From NCBI RefSeq assembly GCF_009914755.1, contig NC_060931.1: DNA of 64,000 bases, one strand, 5' to 3'. The notes beneath the pieces are model-generated. The model did no database searches, was not told the origin of the DNA, and saw nothing but the letters and a program-made list of their open reading frames with translations. Shown in pieces: positions 57,701-64,000 of the stretch. The stretch is from the human T2T-CHM13v2.0 reference genome, Homo sapiens. Position numbers and translations under genes: made by a program. The stretch's first letter is position 1. Every line of letters starts with the position of its first letter.

Positions 57701-60700
57701 CATTCCATTCCATTCCATTCCATTCCATTGCACCCGGGTTGATTCCATTCCATTCCATTGCATTTGATTCCATTTCATTCAATTCAGGTTGATTCCATAA
57801 CATTCCATTCTATTCCATTCCTTTCCATTCCATTCCACACCATTCTATTGCATTCCATTCCATGCCATTCCTCTCGTATCTCTTTGATTCCATTCCATTC
57901 CATTCCATTCTCTTCCATTCCACTCGGGTTGATTCCATTCCATTCCATTCCGTTCCATTCCATTCCATTCGGGTTAATTCCATTCCATTCCATTCCATTC
58001 TACTCCATTCCATTCCATTCCACTCGGATTGATTTCACGGCATTCCAATCCATTCCATTCCCTTCTATTCCATTCCATTCCATTCCAATCCACTCCACTA
58101 CCTTTGATTCCATTCCATTCCATTGCTTTCCATTGCATTGCATTCCATTCCATTCCATTCCATTTCACTCGTGTTGATTCCATTCCATTCCCTTCCATTC
58201 CATTCCATTCGATTCCACTCGTGTTGATTCCATTCCATTCCCTTCCATTCCATTCCATTCCATGCCATTCCATTCCGTTCCATTCCAGTCCATGCCAATC
58301 CATACCATTCCATTACACTCTGGTTCATGCCATTCCATTCCATTTCATTCCTCTCCCTTCCATTCCACTCGCGTTGCAACTTAGGTCGATTCCATTGCAT
58401 TGGATTCCATTCCATTCCATTCCATTGCACTCGGGTTGATTCCATTCCATTCCATTCCACTCCATTCCATTCCATTCCATTCCATTTCATTCCTTTCCAT
58501 TCCATTCGGGTTGATTCCATTGCGTTGCATTCCATTCCATTCCTTTCCGTTGCATTCCATTCAATTCAATTCCATTCCTATCCATTCCATTACACTCCAC
58601 TCGCTTTGATTCCATTCCATTCCATTCCATTCTGTTCCATTCCTTTCCATTCCATTGTAGTTGGTTCCGTTCCATTCCATTCCATTCCATTCCATTTCAC
58701 TGATCACGGGTGTATTCTATTCCATTCCATTACATTACATTACATTTATTTCCATTCGGATTGATTTCATTTTATTCATTGCATTCCATTCCATTCCATT
58801 CCATTCCATTGCACGTGGGTTGATTCCATTAAATTCCCTTCCATTCCGTTACATTCCATTCCATTCTATTCCATTTCATTCCAATCCATGGCATTCCATA
58901 CCATTCCATTCCATTCGTGTTGATTCCATTGCATTCTATTCCATTCCATTGCACTCGGGTTGATTCCATTCCACTCCGTACAATTCAATCCCATTCCATT
59001 TCATTCCATTCCATTCCACTCAGGATGATTACATTCCAGTCCTTTGCGTTCCATTCCTTTCCATTCCATTCCACTCCACTGGTGTGGATTCCATTCCATT
59101 CCATTCCATTCCATTCCATTCTATTCCGTTCCATTCCATTCCACTCGTATTGATTCCATTACATTCTATTCCATTCCATTTCATTCCATTCCATTCCGTT
59201 CCATTCAATTCCATTCCATTCCACTCGGATTGATTCCATTCTATTCCATTCCATTCCATTCCATTCCATTCGGGTTAATTCCATTCCATTCCATTCCATT
59301 CTACTCCATTCCTTTACATTGCACTCGCATTGATTTCACTCCCTTCCAATAAATTCCATTCCCTTCTATTCCATTCCATTCCATTCCAATACACTCCACT
59401 AGCTTTGATTCCACTCCATTCCATTGTATTCCATTCCATTCCACTCGGGTTGATACCATTTCATTCCATTGCATTCCATTCCACTCCAATCCATTCCATT
59501 CTATTCCACTAGGGTTGATTCCATTCCACTCCATTCCATTCCATTCCATTCCATCCCATTCCATTCCATTCCAGTTGATTCCGTTCCATTCCAATCCATT
59601 CCGTTTCATTCCATTCCATTCCTTTCCAGTCCATTCCACTTATATTGTATCCATTCCATTCCATTGCATTCAATTCCATTTGATTCCATTCCATTCTAAT
59701 CCATAACAGTGCATTCCACTCCATTCCACACGGATGGATTCCCTTCCATTCCATTCCATTCCATTCCAATCCATTCCATTCCACTTCACTCGAGTTGATA
59801 CCAATGCATTTCCTCCCATTCCATTCCATTCCATTCCATTCCATTCCACTCGGGTTGATTCCATTCCATTCCTTTCCATTCCATTCCATTCCATTCCATT
59901 CCATTCCACTCGGGTTGATTCCATTCCATTCCTTTCCATTCCATTCCAGTTGGTTCCGTTCCATTCCATTCCATTCCATTCCATTCCATTCCATTCTATT
60001 CCGTTCCATTCCATTCCTCTCGTATTGATTCCATTCCATTCTATTCCATTCCTTTCCATTCCATTCCATTTCATTCCACTCGGATTGATTCCATTCCATT
60101 CCTTTCCATTCCATTCCAGTTGGTTCCGTTCCATTCCATTCCATTCCATTCCATTCCATTCTATTCCTTTCCATTCCATTCCACTCGTATTGTTTCCATT
60201 CCATTCTATTCCATTCCTTTCCATTCCATTCCATTTCATTCCACTCGGGTTGATTCCATTCCATTCCTTTCCATTCCATTCCATTCCATTCTACTCGGGT
60301 TGATTCCTTTCCATTCCATTCCATTCCACTCCATTCCATTCCACTTGGGTTGCTTCCATTTCCTTCCATTCCATTCCATTCCTTACCATTCCACTTCATT
60401 CCATTCCATTCCTTTCCACTCGGATGGATTCCACTCCATTCCATTAAATTCCATTCCATTCCATTCCATTTCATTCCATTCCAATCAATTCCACTTGCAT
60501 TGAATCCATTCCTTTCCATTCCATTCCATTCCACTCCATTCCACTCGTGATGATTCCATTCCATTCCATTACATTCCATTCCGTTGCATTGCACTCCACG
60601 TCAATCCATTCAATTCAAGTTGATTCCGTTCCATTCCTATCCCCTCAGGTTGATTCCATTCCATTCTATTCCATTCCATTCCATTCCATTCTACTTGTGT

Positions 60701-63700
60701 TGATTCAATTCCATTCCCTTCCATTCCCTTATATTCCATTCTATTCCATTCCATTTCATTCCTCTCCATTCCATTCGTGTTGATTCCATTCCATTCCATT
60801 CCATTCCATTCTATTCCGTTCCATTCCATTCCACTCGTATTGATTACATTCCATTCTATTCCATTCCATTCCATTCCATTCCATTCCATTCCATTCCATT
60901 CCATTGCACCCGGGTTGATTCCATTCCATTCCATTGCATTTGATTCCATTTCATTCAATTCAGGTTGATTCCATAACATTCCATTCTATTCCATTCCTTT
61001 CCATTCCATTCCACACCATTCTATTGCATTCCATTCCATGCCATTCCTCTCGTATCTCTTTGATTCCATTCCATTCCATTCCATTCTCTTCCATTCCACT
61101 CGGGTTGATTCCATTCCATTCCATTCCGTTCCATTCCATTCCATTCGGGTTAATTCCATTCCATTCCATTCCATTCTACTCCATTCCATTCCATTCCACT
61201 CGGATTGATTTCACGGCATTCCAATCCATTCCATTCCCTTCTATTCCATTCCATTCCATTCCAATCCACTCCACTACCTTTGATTCCATTCCATTCCATT
61301 GCTTTCCATTGCATTGCATTCCATTCCATTCCATTCCATTTCACTCGTGTTGATTCCATTCCATTCCCTTCCATTCCATTCCATTCGATTCCACTCGTGT
61401 TGATTCCATTCCATTCCCTTCCATTCCATTCCATTCCATGCCATTCCATTCCGTTCCATTCCAGTCCATGCCAATCCATACCATTCCATTACACTCTGGT
61501 TCATGCCATTCCATTCCATTTCATTCCTCTCCCTTCCATTCCACTCGCGTTGCAACTTAGGTCGATTCCATTGCATTGGATTCCATTCCATTCCATTCCA
61601 TTGCACTCGGGTTGATTCCATTCCATTCCATTCCACTCCATTCCATTCCATTCCATTCCATTTCATTCCTTTCCATTCCATTCGGGTTGATTCCATTGCG
61701 TTGCATTCCATTCCATTCCTTTCCGTTGCATTCCATTCAATTCAATTCCATTCCTATCCATTCCATTACACTCCACTCGCTTTGATTCCATTCCATTCCA
61801 TTCCATTCTGTTCCATTCCTTTCCATTCCATTGTAGTTGGTTCCGTTCCATTCCATTCCATTCCATTCCATTTCACTGATCACGGGTGTATTCTATTCCA
61901 TTCCATTACATTACATTACATTTATTTCCATTCGGATTGATTTCATTTTATTCATTGCATTCCATTCCATTCCATTCCATTCCATTGCACGTGGGTTGAT
62001 TCCATTAAATTCCCTTCCATTCCGTTACATTCCATTCCATTCTATTCCATTTCATTCCAATCCATGGCATTCCATACCATTCCATTCCATTCGTGTTGAT
62101 TCCATTGCATTCTATTCCATTCCATTGCACTCGGGTTGATTCCATTCCACTCCGTACAATTCAATCCCATTCCATTTCATTCCATTCCATTCCACTCAGG
62201 ATGATTACATTCCAGTCCTTTGCGTTCCATTCCTTTCCATTCCATTCCACTCCACTGGTGTGGATTCCATTCCATTCCATTCCATTCCATTCCATTCTAT
62301 TCCGTTCCATTCCATTCCACTCGTATTGATTCCATTACATTCTATTCCATTCCATTTCATTCCATTCCATTCCGTTCCATTCAATTCCATTCCATTCCAC
62401 TCGGATTGATTCCATTCTATTCCATTCCATTCCATTCCATTCCATTCGGGTTAATTCCATTCCATTCCATTCCATTCTACTCCATTCCTTTACATTGCAC
62501 TCGCATTGATTTCACTCCCTTCCAATAAATTCCATTCCCTTCTATTCCATTCCATTCCATTCCAATACACTCCACTAGCTTTGATTCCACTCCATTCCAT
62601 TGTATTCCATTCCATTCCACTCGGGTTGATACCATTTCATTCCATTGCATTCCATTCCACTCCAATCCATTCCATTCTATTCCACTAGGGTTGATTCCAT
62701 TCCACTCCATTCCATTCCATTCCATTCCATCCCATTCCATTCCATTCCAGTTGATTCCGTTCCATTCCAATCCATTCCGTTTCATTCCATTCCATTCCTT
62801 TCCAGTCCATTCCACTTATATTGTATCCATTCCATTCCATTGCATTCAATTCCATTTGATTCCATTCCATTCTAATCCATAACAGTGCATTCCACTCCAT
62901 TCCACACGGATGGATTCCCTTCCATTCCATTCCATTCCATTCCAATCCATTCCATTCCACTTCACTCGAGTTGATACCAATGCATTTCCTCCCATTCCAT
63001 TCCATTCCATTCCATTCCATTCCACTCGGGTTGATTCCATTCCATTCCTTTCCATTCCATTCCATTCCATTCCATTCCATTCCACTCGGGTTGATTCCAT
63101 TCCATTCCTTTCCATTCCATTCCAGTTGGTTCCGTTCCATTCCATTCCATTCCATTCCATTCCATTCCATTCCATTCTATTCCGTTCCATTCCATTCCTC
63201 TCGTATTGATTCCATTCCATTCTATTCCATTCCTTTCCATTCCATTCCATTTCATTCCACTCGGATTGATTCCATTCCATTCCTTTCCATTCCATTCCAG
63301 TTGGTTCCGTTCCATTCCATTCCATTCCATTCCATTCCATTCCATTCCATTCCATTCTATTCCTTTCCATTCCATTCCACTCGTATTGTTTCCATTCCAT
63401 TCTATTCCATTCCTTTCCATTCCATTCCATTTCATTCCACTCGGGTTGATTCCATTCCATTCCTTTCCATTCCATTCCATTCCATTCTACTCGGGTTGAT
63501 TCCTTTCCATTCCATTCCATTCCACTCCATTCCATTCCACTTGGTTTGCTTCCATTTCCTTCCATTCCATTCCATTCCTTACCATTCCACTTCATTCCAT
63601 TCCATTCCTTTCCACTCGGATGGATTCCACTCCATTCCATTAAATTCCATTCCATTCCATTCCATTTCATTCCATTCCAATCAATTCCACTTGCATTGAA

Positions 63701-64000
63701 TCCATTCCTTTCCATTCCATTCCATTCCACTCCATTCCACTCGTGATGATTCCATTCCATTCCATTACATTCCATTCCGTTGCATTGCACTCCACGTCAA
63801 TCCATTCAATTCAAGTTGATTCCGTTCCATTCCTATCCCCTCAGGTTGATTCCATTCCATTCTATTCCATTCCATTCCATTCCATTCTACTTGTGTTGAT
63901 TCAATTCCATTCCCTTCCATTCCCTTATATTCCATTCTATTCCATTCCATTTCATTCCTCTCCATTCCATTCGTGTTGATTCCATTCCATTCCATTCCAT
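51700..64000 (+). repeat. Domain B2: highly homogeneous tandem ~3.12-3.20 kb HSat3 higher-order units (~3.9 copies, continuing off the window)
   Basis: CAACTTAGGTCG at 52070, 55251, 58377 and 61553 (spacings 3181, 3126, 3176). Identical pseudo-ORF translations recur at these offsets (e.g. 51722/54903/58029/61205). Confidence 0.93.

Larger units (their letters stand above)
1..64000 (+). repeat. Satellite III (HSat3-type) array, (CATTC)n with interspersed ACTCGGGTTG decamers; C-rich strand on +
   Basis: ATTCC pentamers run continuously across the window. The decamer ACTCGGGTTG and variants (ACTCGTGTTG, ACTCGAGTTG, ATTCGGGTTG) recur throughout, e.g. 631, 5326, 53541. Pentamer plus this decamer is the classical Satellite 3 signature. 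The + strand is G-poor everywhere, with no orientation switch. Confidence 0.97.

Noticed and set aside
42509-61940. Near-identical 145 aa and 136 aa ORFs recurring six times, resembling a conserved gene family
   Set aside because: The recurrence reflects DNA-level tandem duplication of the satellite unit. I used it only as a ruler for the period.
1-64000. CRISPR-like pattern of a recurring decamer separated by variable-length intervals
   Set aside because: The intervals are themselves ATTCC repeats rather than unique spacers, the repeat is only 10 bp and irregularly spaced, and there are no cas genes.
51700-64000. Assignment to DYZ1 (Yq12) or to HSat2
   Set aside because: The period is 3.12-3.20 kb rather than ~3.56 kb, and the CATTCGATTC-rich pattern typical of HSat2 is rare here. 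Chromosome, subfamily and even species (human vs other great ape) cannot be fixed without alignment.

Overview
The whole 64 kb is human/hominid Satellite III-type DNA: (CATTC)n on the + strand, (GGAAT)n on the - strand. It is punctuated every few tens of bases by the Sat3 decamer A(C/T)TCGGGTTG and its variants. I see no genes, RNA genes, transposons or strand inversions; every ORF in the track is a translation of the pentamer (IPFHS / MEWNG). The informative signal is higher-order architecture, traced by eye with rare marker words. Domain A (1 to ~39.6 kb) is a rearranged mosaic built on a ~10.5-10.7 kb unit, with nested ~2 kb and ~1.2-1.4 kb sub-repeats and a duplication carrying an apparently templated insert. 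At ~39,625 the array switches abruptly to a different sequence family, domain B. Domain B begins as ~4.7-4.8 kb tandem units and then becomes a highly homogeneous ~3.15 kb array, which looks like a 1.53 kb recombinational deletion derivative of the 4.7 kb unit. I found no evidence for a new protein-coding or prokaryote-like system. Boundaries are approximate because the pentamer background gives homology everywhere.
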